Shown: positions 1 to 48,186 of the stretch, one piece after another
Layout: each line of letters begins with the position of its first letter
Position numbering within the stretch: the stretch's first letter is position 1
Assembly (NCBI RefSeq): GCF_009914755.1
Contig: NC_060942.1
Source: the human T2T-CHM13v2.0 reference genome, Homo sapiens
Length of the DNA stretch: 64,000 nt
Direction: 5' to 3' (one strand)
Program-made: the position numbers and the translations under genes
The notes under the pieces: model-generated
The model's database searches: none
Seen by the model: only the letters and a program-made list of their open reading frames with translations
What the model was told of the DNA's origin: nothing

Positions 1-367
1 ATATATGCTTATAAAGCAATTCACCGGTACAGAAGCCACCATGCTTAGACTTACATTTCCGAAAGAACATATTGCCTAACCCCTTATTTGAAAACAAGAA
101 CAATAGACATGCTAAACTTCTCAGACAATTCAATCATAAACAGATAAAATTTATGACAACGTTGCATAAATAGGGAAAGGCCTTTGGGAGGCAAATTGAA
201 AGATTTATGCTCAGTAGGAGTATTTTATAGAAAAAGAGAATATTTATATAATCCTTGTTAGAGTAAATACAGAAATTTTACAAGTTGGTCAAAAGCAGCT
301 GACAGTAACACAGGGGGCAGGGAACTAGATTTCCAGAACAAATCTTAGTCCTATTAAACCTCCTCAG

Positions 368-757
<390 letters not shown>

Positions 758-944
758 TCAATTTCTTCCCAGGAAGAAGTTCTTTCCAAATCTAGGCTTT
801 GGGACAATTTTGTTTGCACAGATCTTACATTTTAGTGTAAGCGTGAGGAAGAACATCAACGTTTTGATTTTTCCCTGTCTTTGGTGCCTTTAAATAAATG
901 TATCAAATTTCAAATATTTTTCAATTTTTTTCTTCATTTCTTTT

Positions 945-1081
945 AATTTTTAATTTTTGATATGTAGAGATGGGATCTCGCTATGTTCCCCAGACAGGTC
1001 TTGAACTCCTGGGCTCAAGCGATCTTCCCACCTCGGCCTCCCGAAGTGCTGGGATTACAGGAGCGAGCCACCATGCCCGGC
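945..1081 (-). mobile_element. FLAM/Alu left monomer
   Basis: Reverse-complement Alu left arm with T tail. Confidence 0.85.
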
Positions 1082-1926
1082 TTTTTTCACTAAACTGGGT
1101 CTTCTGTACTTTTTTCAGAGAGTGAGATGCCCAGGAGAGGGCACTGAGGCTGAAAGTGAGGGCTTAGAGAGGGCAGCGGGAGGATTGGGAAGCCCATGGG
1201 AGGAAGGGGAAAGGGATGTCAATGCTGGAAGTCTTCCCAAGTCCTAAACTCTGAGGCTGTGCTCCTCACGGGAGCCGAGAGGACAAGTCACAACTTATAG
1301 TCGTCATGGTTTTGCAACCTAGGAAGACTTAACCCCCTTCCCATCTTGTTTTGAAGCCCACCTTACACCCCATCAAACATATTAAAATGCAGGCATTCCA
1401 CATCACATAAATAGATTCTTCTTCCCATAAAATATTGGGCATATTTTTATAATTCTGCCTCTGAAAATATTTGGCTATGAGTAACTTTTAATCTTTATAG
1501 CCTTTCTTCATAATCATGTTTACTTGAGGCTTCTTGCAAAGTGAGAAAATCTGACATGTCATTTTTTTATGCAAAAATATTTATGAATATTAAATTTAAT
1601 GACAGATGAGTTTGACATATTTGGTAGAATGTTTAATTAGACATTTATTGATTTCACATCTGTAGCTTTATTTTTAGGTAGGAGCAAATAATTTTTCCCC
1701 CTAGGTCTGTCTCAAGCATGTTTGTAGACAGCATTGTTCAAGCTCATTGGCCCTGGGCCCTGTTTCTATGGTTCCTAATGGATAAAACAGCTTGCTGACA
1801 GTCCCCTGACTTGATGGTTTGGGCTGCTTCCTGGAAATGTCATGAAAAATCTGCCTATCCCTTCATGAGAATTCAGGGCAATGTCTATGCAGGGACAGCG
1901 GGGACAATTGAAAGAGGCAGCTCCCA

Positions 1927-2615
1927 TTCTAACATTTTTGAGCCATGGACTTGTTAGTCTAATGAAGCTCATGGATTCCTCCTCAGAATAATGTTTTAAA
2001 TGTGCAAAATAAAATATACATAGGATTACAAAGGAAATCAATTCTTATTGAGATACTGTTAGGAAAAAGAATAAATTTGTGATATAGTAATACACACGTT
2101 TCTTTTTTTAAGCTATTAAATGACAAGATCTAGCTGTGGGCCTAAGAACTATAGTAATTTCAAAGTAGCAATGAGTACAAATGATATTTTGAGATACAGG
2201 ACCTTAATGTGACCTGATATGAAAATATTTGATGTTTCTATTGATGACAAAGTCATAGGTACTTATACCGTGACTATGACTTGTTGCCTATTTTCTTTTT
2301 AAAATTTCTATTTATGTATCTATGTATCTATGTATCTATGTATCTATCTATCTTTTTTTAAAGCCTACAGCACCCAATATTCCCGGGCTGGCTCTCATCC
2401 AAATACTAACTGGGACTGACCCTTTTTAGCTTTTGAAATCAGACGAGATTGGGTGGATTCAGGGTGGTAAGGATGTAGATGTCTATTTTCACAATGGAGA
2501 GAAATGCCACATTTTAATTACAAGCTAATGAAATTAAGGTGTAATTTTTTTTTTATTTCTCAGTCTCAGAACCTGTGATTTCTATCCATGGCTGTGGGCC
2601 CCAAATTAAGATCAA
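1927..2615. mobile_element. hAT-Charlie family DNA transposon remnant, interrupted by the 5S pseudogene
   Basis: gccatggac...cagaataatgttttaaat...taggattacaaaggaaa; 3' end cccaaattaagatc. Confidence 0.6.
2360..2480 (-). pseudogene. 5S rRNA retropseudogene (full length, diverged)
   Basis: aagcctacagcaccc...tactaac...tcagacgagat...ttcagggtggta matches the reverse complement of 5S rRNA; decayed tail at 2296-2359; TSD GYCTATTTTC at 2286-2295 and 2481-2490. Confidence 0.93.
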
Positions 2616-2984
2616 CAGAGGTGAAGAATGCCCCCATGTTAATGAATTATTATGGCAAGAGGATTATAGATACCATATGACTCTCTAGCCTCAGAGATCC
2701 TGAAGCAGAGTCTATGGATCTCTCAGCCCTCAAAGACACTGTCTTGAATTCTCCTGATGTAGTATAAATGGAACAAAAAGTAAGTGGCTTCACTGATATA
2801 GAGTGTTAGAAATTTTCATAGGATTTCTAATCTCCTGTTCTAGGCCGAGATTATGACTCTCAAGTCTGCTTTCTATTCTCTCACCAAATGGCCCCCAGAA
2901 AGCTCTCCTGAGCCACCCTACCTTGGAAGCTTTTAATTTCATTCTAAAATTTATGTACTCTAAAGTTCATACTTCACAGCAAAC

Positions 2985-3387
2985 CACCCACTAACCCACC
3001 TTCCCATCCATCCATCCATCCATCCACCCACCTATCTACCCATCCACCCATCCATCTACCCATCTACCCATCCACTCATCCATCCATCCATCCATCCATC
3101 CATCCATCCATCCATCTACCCATTCACTCATATATCCATCCATCTATCCATCCATCCATCCATCCATCCATCCATCCATCCATCCACCCACCCATCCATC
3201 CACCCATCTACCCATCCACTCATCCATCCATCCATCCACCCATCTACCCATCCACTCATCCATCCATCCATCCACCCATCTACCCATCCACTCATCCATC
3301 CATCCATCCACCCATCCACACATTCACTCATCCACTCATCCATCCATCCATCCATCCATCCATCCATCCATCCATCCATCCATCCAT
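2985..3387. repeat. (CCAT)n tetranucleotide repeat with a 36-bp higher-order unit
   Basis: Seen directly. Confidence 0.97.
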
Positions 3388-4791
3388 TTAGTAATGAGCC
3401 CACGCAATGAAGGTATGAATGTCTAACTTACCCCCCTTTTCAAATTCTCCCCTTGTTCATAACCTCATAGTGAGAAATATCTACAGTAGTGCAAAGGATT
3501 GTGTATGATAAAGCCATCCTCAGATGTTTCTAGCATAATTGGAGCAAATCAAGTCATTGCACTATGCAGTTTTTGGGCCAATTTGTGAAAACTGGTGGTT
3601 ATTCTTGGCTTCTGGTCCTCAGATCTGAAATGTCTAATACTGATGGTAAAATTGCCTATCCCACATGTAAGTGTAGTTATGATTTCTAAGCTTGTTCATT
3701 ATTTCTCTTTGTTTTTCTTCTTTCCTCTCTCAGATGAAGATAGAACAGCAGCTTGTACTTCCTGTCTGTTTTGTCATAAAAAAATGATAACCTAATATTC
3801 TGTGTCTGTATGGTGGTGTTCTTTCGTGTTCTGGGCCCTGGCATACCCCTTCAGAACTCTCATCTGGTAGCTGACTCCATGGAAACACTTACCTGTGGCT
3901 TAAATTAAGACATTTGAACTGGGAAGCAAATGTTTTTCTTTCCCTTTTACTCTAACCAAAACCTGCAATGAGTCACGTCTCACCCACTCCATGCTCACCT
4001 GGCCCTTCTGGCCACATGGAGCAAAGTCAACAATCAAGGCCCACCACATGCAGCAGCTGTCAAAGCAGAAGTCCTCAGTCATTGAACAGCTGAGTATTAT
4101 CATAGATCCTAGGGTTCCCACAGTGCATATGTAGGGGAAGCAGCTTCTTCTCACCACCATGGTGGGGATCTGAAAACCCAGTACACGTGAAAATCTCGCC
4201 TTGACCCACTTCCCCATCCAAGGGCAGAGTTTGCAGTTCAGAATGGTGCAGCTCCCTCTCTCCCTCTCAGCCCATCAGGCCCTTTGGTGACTCAGTAAAC
4301 CTTGCCAAAACTAGGCTCTCTGTTCTCTTCTCTACTTGGACTGACCCAAGAGTCCATCCTCCCTTTTAAATTGGCTTCCAAGGTCCAGACATAGACTATG
4401 AGCAAGTATTTCACTGCTTGACCTTAGCACTTGGTGGATACCTTTCTTATAACTGATCAGACGAAGCCCTTACAGTCTACTTAAATGCTTGTGCCCCCTG
4501 TAAACTATTTAAAAGCAGGGATCATGTCAATTGTTTCTATGTCCCCAGTATCTAGCACAACGCCAGGATGTGGTTCTCCATAAATATTTTGAATGAATGC
4601 ATGAATATGTTAATTAAAGAACACTTTAGTTTTCTCTAAAAATTCCCTTTTGCATGAACTTCCTTACATACATGTCTCTGGTCCATATTGTAGTGTTTGT
4701 TCTAATTTTCAGGCACTTACTTTACATATATAATTTTTAATATGCTAATCCTGTCCTTTTATTACTTCTATTTTATACATAAGAAAGTTGA

Positions 4792-4957
4792 GGCTAGGCA
4801 CAGTGGCTTAGGCCTATAATCCCAGCTTAGGGATTATAGGCTTAGGCCTATAATCCCAGAACTTTGGGAGGCCGAGGTGGGAGGATTGCTTGAGCACAGG
4901 AGTTCAAGACCAGCTTGGGCAATATAGGGAGACCCCATCTATACAGAAGAAAAAAAG
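4792..4957 (+). mobile_element. FLAM/AluJ left monomer with an internal rearrangement
   Basis: Alu left-arm consensus. Confidence 0.85.
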
Positions 4958-5046
4958 TTAGCTAATGCAAAGCTGAACTTCTCAGCTAAGGGTTCAAACC
5001 CCAGTCTTTTTTAGTGCAGCTCTATCTTCCCATCACCATGAGGCAA

Positions 5047-6330
<1,284 letters not shown>

Positions 6331-8099
6331 CAGGAGATGTGCTCTCCATCCACTCATCTACCCATGGGTGTGTGACAAGTTTTTTTTTTTTGCTTTTGTG
6401 CAGGATGTTTTCTACTGCGAGGCACAGCGAATGCTTAAACAATGCCATGGACCCCCTCCCACTTCAGGAACACATTGTAGCGGAGTCTCCAAGGCAACAG
6501 TGTAGTCTTGTAGTAAGTGTGTGACCCTGTTTACTTTTTGTTGTTGCATTGCAGGTAGTGTCATTTACATCCTTTGGAAAATGTTTGTTATTCTAGTAGT
6601 TTTCTCAGAAGGCACACACTGTAAAACAAAACAAAAAGTCAATGCAGTAGAGGAGAAGCAAGATGATGCACAGTGTTGGGTGCACAGAAGATGCCACCTG
6701 CTAGTGGTTAAACTTGATTAATTGAATCTTGGTGATCCTGTATCAGGGCCTATAACATGTACACCTGATACTCTCAGCTTACGTGTTTTTGTTAAAATAT
6801 TGATTGGTTTTTATTTCTTGGATTAATTTTTTTTCTTGGACTTTATTTTTTAGAGACTACTTATTTTAGGTTCATGGCAAAGTTGGCTGGAGGGTACAGA
6901 AATATCTCATATATCCTTCCCCCCACACATGCATGGCTTCCCCACATCAACATCCCCAACAAGCGTGGTACGTTTGTTACAACTAATGAACCTACATTGA
7001 CACATTGTTCTCACCCAGAGTTCATAATTTACATTAGGGTTCAGTGTTGGTGCTGTATGTTTTATTTTGACAAATGTATACTGACATGAATCCACAACTG
7101 TAATGCACAGAATAGCTTTACTCTTTTAAAAATGCTTTATGCTCTGCCTACTCATCCCTTCCTGTTCTCTGTCCCTTGGCAATCACTGAACTTGTCACTG
7201 TTTTCTTAATTTAGCCCTTTCCAGAATGCCATATAGTTGGAATCACACAGTGCATAGTCTTTTCAGATTGGCTTCTTTCACTCAGTAACATACACTTCAG
7301 TTTCCTCCATGGCTTTTCATAGCCTGCTAGCTCATTACTTTTTAGGGCAGAATAACATTCCATTGTCTGGAGGTAACACAGTTTATCCACTCACCTACTG
7401 AAGTACATATTGGTCACTTCCAAGTTTTGGCAATTAGGAATAAAGCTGCTATAAACATTCATGTGCAGGTTTTTGTGTGGCCATAAGTTTCCAACTCCTT
7501 TGGGTAAATACCAAGGAACACAAATGTTGGATGATATGGTAAGGATATATTTAAGAGGTGAAAGATTTGTATGCTCTGACAAGAAACCAGAGCATAATAA
7601 GGCTATGTTTAGTTTTGTAAAAAACTGCCAAACTGTCTTCCAAAGTGGCTGTACCATTTTGCTTTCCTACCAGCAGTAAGTGAGAGTGCTTGTTGCTCCA
7701 CATCCTCACCAGCATTTGGTGTTGTCAGTGTTTTGGATTTTGGCCATTCTAATGGCCAAATGTATCTCATCATTTGTAATGGTATCTCATCACTGTTTTG
7801 ATTTTAATTTCCTAGATGACATAAGATGCAGGGCATCTTTTTATATGCTCCTTCACCACCTGTATATCTTCTTTGGTGAGGTATCTGTTAAGGTCTTTGG
7901 CTCATATTTTAATTGGCTGTTGTTTTCTTATTGTTAAGTTTCAAGAGTTTTTTTTTTTAATGTTGAACCAGCCTTGCATATCTGGGATGAATCCCACTTG
8001 TTTGTGGTATATAGTTCTTTTTATACATAGTTGGGTTTGACATGCTTCATCCCTTTGCTTTTAATCTTTTTGTGTCTTTATATTTAAAGTGGGTTTCTT

Positions 8100-8442
<343 letters not shown>

Positions 8443-8754
8443 CTACTGTGACAATCTGTGTTTTTTAATTGGTGCATTTAGGCCATTGATGTTTTAAGTG
8501 ATTATTTTATATATGGATTAATATCTACCATATTTGTTACTGTTTTCTGTTTGTTGCCCTTTTCTGTGTTCCTATTTTTGTCTTTCACTCTTTTCTGCCT
8601 TTTGTGGTTTTTGTTGAGCATTTTATATGATTGGATCTTCTCTCGTTTCTTAGCATATCAGTTATACTGCCTTTTAAACTTTTTTTATTGGCATCCTACA
8701 GTGTGCAATATACATTTACAACTAATCTAAGTCTGCTTTTAAATGAGACTATAT

Positions 8755-9152
<398 letters not shown>

Positions 9153-11168
9153 TCATTGCTGTTATTCGTTCCACTTATATATAAACATACATAAGCATAT
9201 ATATGTGCATACATAATCAAATACATTGCTATACCATTTTTTGAGCAAACTGTTATCTGTTAGATCAATTAAAAATATGTATAATAAAAGGTTTTATCTT
9301 ACTTTCATTTATCCCTTCTCCCATGCTGTTCCTTTCTTTATGTAGATCTAAGTTTCTGATCTATATAATTTTCTTCCTCTCTAAAGAACTTCTTTAACAT
9401 TTCTTGCAAAGCAGGTGTAGTGGCAAAAAATTTCACCAAGTTTTGTTTGTTCAAAAAAGGCTTTATTTCTCCTTCACTTTTGAAGGATAATTTCCTAAGG
9501 TAAAGAATTCTTGGCTAGTTTTTTTTCTCTCTCTCTTTCTGAACACTTTAAATATTTCTTCTCTCTCTTCCTGCTTGCATAATTTCTGAGAATTCTAATG
9601 TAATTCTTATCTTTGTTCCTATATAGGTAAGATATTCTTTTTCCTCTGTCTTCTTTCAGGATTTTTTTTCATTATCTTTGATTTTCTGTTGTTTGAAAAT
9701 GATATGTTTGGGTATAGATTTTTGGCATTTATTCTGCTTGGTATTCTCTGAGCTTCCTGGATCTGTGTTACGGTGTTTGACACTAACTTGGGGGAAATTC
9801 TGAGTCATTGATTCACATATTTCTTCTGTTCATTTCTCTTTTTCTTCTCCTCTGGTATTCTCATTATGTGTATGTTGCATCTTTTGCAGTTGGCCCACAG
9901 TTCTTGGATATTCTGTTTTGGATTTTTTCCCTCAGTCTTTTTTTTTTTCTCTCTGCTTTTCAGTTTTGGAGGTTTCTATTGAGATATCCTCCAGTTGTGG
10001 ATTCCTTTCAGCTGTGTCCAGTCTACTAATAAATCTGTCAAAGGGATTCTTCATTTCTGTTACAGTATTTTTTATTTCTAGCATTTCTTTTTGGGTCTTT
10101 CTTAGAATTTCCATCTCTCTGCTTATAATCCCCATGTCCTCTTGCATGCTGTCTACTTTATTTGTTAGAGCCCTTAGCATATTAATCATAGTTGTTTTAA
10201 ATTTCTGGTCTGATAATTCCAACATATCTGCCATATCTGAGTCTTGTTCCATTGCTTGCTCGGTCTCTTCAAACTGTTTGTGCTTTTTAGTATGCCTTGC
10301 ATTTTTTTCTTGATAGCTGAAAAAAATGTAGCAGGTAAAAGGAATTGCTGTAACTAGGTCTTTATTAATGTGTTGGTAAGGCGTGGGAGGAAGGGAAGCA
10401 TTCTATACTCTTATGATTAGATCTCAGTGTTTTAGTAAGCCTGTGCCTCTGGACTGTGAACTCCACATGTGCTTCTCAGACCTCCCCACCTCACCCCCAT
10501 AGGTGGGGCAGGATGGCTAGAGTGGACTGGAGTTGGGTAGTTCCTCCACACGGAAGGGCAGAGTCAGATAGAATTGGATGTTTTCCTTCCGTCAGGTGAG
10601 TTCCAGCAGGTTTTATCAGAACCTAAAGCAGAAGAACATAGTGCTTTTATGGTTTTCAGAATAGTTTCTTTCCCCTGCCTTTGATGTAATCATGAGGGAA
10701 TTTTTCTCTGATGTTCACTGGGAAGACTTGATGAGGCTCCTGGAGGTAAAACTTGGAAAAGCATACCCTCCACCCCTTCCCCATGACAGGTCCCCCTGGA
10801 GTTTTTATCACTCAGATTTGTCCACATTGACCCTCCAGGAACTTGTCAGTTACAGTTCAGGTTTCCTTAACCCAGTGATGGTTCCTTATGGCAGATTCTG
10901 CTCTGTTGTGGTTCTGGTTATTCACCTGTTGGTCTCTCCCACTTTAGCAACAGCATTTTGTCCTCTAACCTAACTTTTACAAATCTAGGAAGAATTGGTT
11001 ATTTTTCAGTTTGTTCATATTTTCACTTATTGTTAGGGCAGAGTGGTGACTTCTTACATGCCAGACTGGAAACTGGAAATCCCATGAATGGCTTTTTAAA
11101 CCATGTTAGTGTTGGGTACACACAATCCCATCCTTGGGAAACACAAGAAAAGAAGCAAAAAAAGTAAC

Positions 11169-11563
11169 CGTGATGGTTAATTTTATGTGTCAACTAAGTT
11201 AGGTTATGCTACCCAGATGTTTGGTCAAACACCAGTCTAAACATAATTGCGAAGGTATTTTTTTTCTAATGATGAAATTAACGTTTAGATTACTCCATCC
11301 AGATGTGGGTGGGGCTCACCCAATCAGTTGAAAGCCTTAAGAGAGAGAAGAGTTTCATTTTCTTCCTCTAGGTCTTTAGAGGAAGAAGAAGCGAACTGCC
11401 ATGGTACTGTAGCTGCAACATCAACTCCTGCCTGGGTCTTTAGCCTGCTGGCCTACCCTGCAGATTTTGGACTTGCCAGCCTCCACAATCATGTGAGCCA
11501 ATCCAATCTATCTATATACACATCCTATTGGTTCTGTTTCTTTGGTAAACTTTGACTAATATA
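11169..11563 (+). mobile_element. MLT2-type (ERVL) solo LTR
   Basis: gtgatggttaattttatgtgtcaact...cctattggttctgtttct...gactaatata. Confidence 0.8.
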
Positions 11564-12518
11564 GTAACATACTACAATTTTGAAAAATGGGGTAAAAGAT
11601 GGTAATTTGGGGGAGTGACTTGGAAGATCTGTGTGAAATATGTGATTTAGTCTGTCCAATACCAGGCAATGCAGATGTCTTAGGAAGATGTCTTATGAGC
11701 CCTTCCACCCCTTAGTTGGCTGAGTTCCAATTGAATTTGTGTTCTCAGCTTCGCAGGGACTTCTATAATTACTCTATCTTCATTTTCTTCTTTTTCCTAA
11801 ATCCATTTAATTTAATTGAAATTCAAATAAATACATAACTTTCTAATCTGTTAGGCAAATGTTTGTAAGATTTCATAAAGAGCTAGTATTGGGAAACTTA
11901 TGACATAACTTACAAAAACTTTTTAAGAATCACATTCCTAAGAGAAATATGCTTTCCTGATGGTGCCAGGGGATCTCAGAACAGGATATAAATCCTATCA
12001 TCTCAGCATTGGGTTTCCTGTTGATGTTATTGCCTGGGGAAAAATGAACACCAGAGGTGGACCAATGACCAAAGGCAGAAAGGTTCCTGAGATCAGATTC
12101 CTAATGCCATGATGAAGCTTGTAAAGGCTTTCTAGGGGCAGGATACAAGTGATGAAAGCTGGAGGTATGTTAGACCAGCCAAGTGTAGCTTCTGCAGTAG
12201 AGCTTCATTGACAACCTTAGAAAAGAACAAACTGTAAAAGATATCTATTTATTGTAGGCAAAATACATTTTTTGGAAATTGGATTTCAGCCATGCCTCAA
12301 TGACTTCCATGAGATTCCTAGTGAGGCTCTGCCCATGTCCTGTAATTAGGATTCAAAACAGACTCCAACATCCTGGGAATGATTGTTTCCTGTTCTTCCT
12401 GCTTCCACTTTTCCTAACTTCAAATATGAACTGCTTGTAGCAACACAGAGAATTCACTCAGGTGTTTCAGTTACAAATCTTGGCTCATAGAAACAGCTGT
12501 GCTTAATAAATGTCTTTC

Positions 12519-12820
<302 letters not shown>

Positions 12821-12854
12821 GTCTTTATTTTTCTATAATCATACTTTTTTCTTT

Positions 12855-14670
<1,816 letters not shown>

Positions 14671-15317
14671 GTTATAATAATTGATATTTTAGGTTCCCAT
14701 TCACATAGATGTCAAAAATTTAATTGCGGCTAATTCAGGATTCACATTTTACCTTTAGGCTTGTGCCTAACCTTAATTAACAGTCCCAATGCATTGGGAA
14801 GGTCCCTTATGATCCCTGATGTCATCTATCCTCACAGGCATCCTCTAAAATATCAGTCCCTCTGTCTGGTCCTTATTTGTGATTCTGTGCAGCCTGCAAT
14901 GGAGACATCCTTATTCCTATCCACATGGCTCTTCAGGCATGACAGCTTTTTCTGATACTTCTGTGCTTCCCTTGGCCCCAGGAGTTATTCTCCTCTTCCC
15001 AAGATGTGCCTTCTTCTGTAGAGTCCCTTTGCTTCCTTGTAGCTCTAGCCAAGAAACAGGACCATTTGATTTTGGATCCTATAATATATCTAGGGGATCT
15101 CAGGGATCAAGTGAAGAACTGACTATAACTACAGTTTTCAGTTTTCCCATTTAATTCTCATCCTACCCTCATAGGGTGGGAAGTGCTGGCTTGTACTCAG
15201 GAAGCAACCTCTCAAACTCCTTGTCTATGCTACATGTCTCTTGATAGTCTTCCTATTAGCACAAAATGGGGTGAAGGCTAAGCTGGAGAGGGGAAGGGGA
15301 AACTAGAAAAAAATTAG

Positions 15318-15647
<330 letters not shown>

Positions 15648-16306
15648 TAAGTAAGTTGAATATGAAGCCATGGGAACTGAGAGAACAGGTTGTTTCTAAA
15701 GAGAAATTATCCCAAGAAAAGAAGGAAAAAGTGAGAAAGAATTAAGAGATGGATTGGGAACATTATTTTATTAGAAAATCAGTGACCATTCCTACTTTTA
15801 TGACCCATGTCCCACCAGTGTTTGCTTGATGGGAATTTTTAGGGATGAGATACATTGCTATGTTACTACTCTATATGTGAATAACCGGTGTGCCTGATTT
15901 CTAGCACATTAATGGATTTTATAACTCAATAAATTATAGGCACTCAATAATTTTTATTAAATGAGTGAATGATAAAAAGCAGTGGACATAACTGGATATA
16001 TTAAAGCAGCATGGGGCTATATGAGAGGAGGAGTTTCATAAGATCAAGATTAAAAATTAATTTGATATATATATTTTTTGCTTAAGTGGTGTTTACTAGT
16101 CTTAGGGACCAGTACACATACATTAGAGAATGTATTCATTAAGAAGTCTCAGCCAGGCACTTAATTGTTGACACAGGAAAAAAAAAAAAAAGCCAACAAA
16201 CCAACTCCGCAGAGCTGTGTTAAAAATACTGGACTTTCATCCCTTGATTGGAGGTATTATTACAGCATCAAGCTGACCTGCAATATGGATCATTGAGATC
16301 AAAGGC

Positions 16307-16312
16307 TATAAA
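16307..16312 (+). promoter_or_regulatory. TATA box of MEP1B
   Basis: TATAAA about 80 nt upstream of the ATG; implies a TSS near 16335-16345. Confidence 0.8.
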
Positions 16313-16388
16313 TTATAATGTTTGCCTTTAAAGAAGTCAATTCAACCCTGAATGTCATAGTTAGCTACTTTCAACTGGAAGCTACAAC

Positions 16389-46559
<30,171 letters not shown>

Positions 46560-46591
46560 AGATTAACTCGACAATATGGCCAGCTAATGAA

Positions 46592-46750
46592 ATTAAAAAG
46601 GATTCTTCATCATGGATTTCGCCTAAGTGATATTACAGCCACCTCATTCTTCTAAAAGTGGATATTTTTCTGTAAATAGCTGGAAATATTATAAATCACT
46701 ATTTTGGTCAAAGTCAAATTGGTGAAATGCTGTTTGTGTTTCCTTCTTTT
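46592..46750 (+). terminator. Candidate MEP1B polyadenylation region
   Basis: ATTAAA at 46592 and variant TATAAA at 46690, followed by a GU/U-rich tract at 46730-46750; no AATAAA nearby. Confidence 0.5.
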
Positions 46751-47899
46751 AAATGAGAGAAAAGCAATTCAGGCTCTTCTGGAAGTATAATATTGTCTAG
46801 AAAAAAGGGAGAGCAACAGTTAGAGATGGCTTTTCAAATTACTGATCCTTCCATATGGGGGCCAAGTGTGGTGTCCTCACAAGTGATTCCTTAGAAACCC
46901 ACTAGAAACACCCAATGGGAATGATCATCCATGCAGAATCACAGCAGTTTCAGTGCCATCCTTTCCCAGCATTGGGAAGGGTAATGAGACAGCTCCCCAC
47001 TCTCTGTCAATATACATTCTTCTCCAAAACTGGCTACTCTTGTTTTCTTATATAATCCCTTTGGTACATGAGCTTGGTTTAGAATTTGTTTGAGCATACG
47101 ACTGTAATCAGCAAGAAAACCTTTCACTCTTTGAGTGGCAAGTCTCCAAGTTTTGGATCTCAGGAATCTTTACACTTTAAAAATTACTGAGGATCTCAAA
47201 TAGGTTACTGAGGATCTCAAATAGATTACGGAGGATCTATTTTGCTTATGAGCAGTTCATTGATTTAAATAAGTGTTTATTAGAAATTCAAACCAGGAAA
47301 AACTTAATGTATTTATTAATCACAAAAAATAAGCCCCTTATATGCTAACATAAATATGAAAAGTCGCTATATTTTTCAAAACAGGAGAATATTTAGCAAA
47401 GAGAGGGGCATTGGTTTACATTTTTTGGGAAAATCTCTAATGCCTAGCTCAATAGAAGACAGCTGAGTTTTCACAGATGCTTCTGCATTTATTCTGTTGT
47501 GATATATTAATTTGTTTGAAGGATGTGAAGAAAATCTAACCTCACACAAATATGTACTTGGAAAAAGGAGGCATATTTGAATAGCTTTCTCAGGTAAATA
47601 TGAATATTCTTTTGAAATAATTTTGTTAAAAGTTGACAATGGTAACTTCTTAAAGGTTAGTTGCAATCAAAATCCGAAACCATATCAATGAACTTTTGTA
47701 TTCCGTCCTGTAAAATCCATTAGTCTATCCTGTATTTTGAGTCTTTCAGCTATGTCTCATATTGCAATACTGTGCATTGATCATTTAGAAAATATTGGTT
47801 CACTGAGTTCTGCAGCTTTTACAACATTTGACACATTTCATTATGCAGTATGAAAACAACATTAGTTAATTGCACTACTGATCTCATTTTAAAGTCTTT

Positions 47900-48186
<287 letters not shown>

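Noticed and set aside
3128-3403. MDGW-repeat ORF; also considered as a CRISPR-like array
   Set aside because: Translation of the (GGAT)n microsatellite; no unique spacers, eukaryotic context
9918-10313. 131-aa hydrophobic ORF resembling a membrane protein
   Set aside because: Antisense of an old L1 ORF1 remnant
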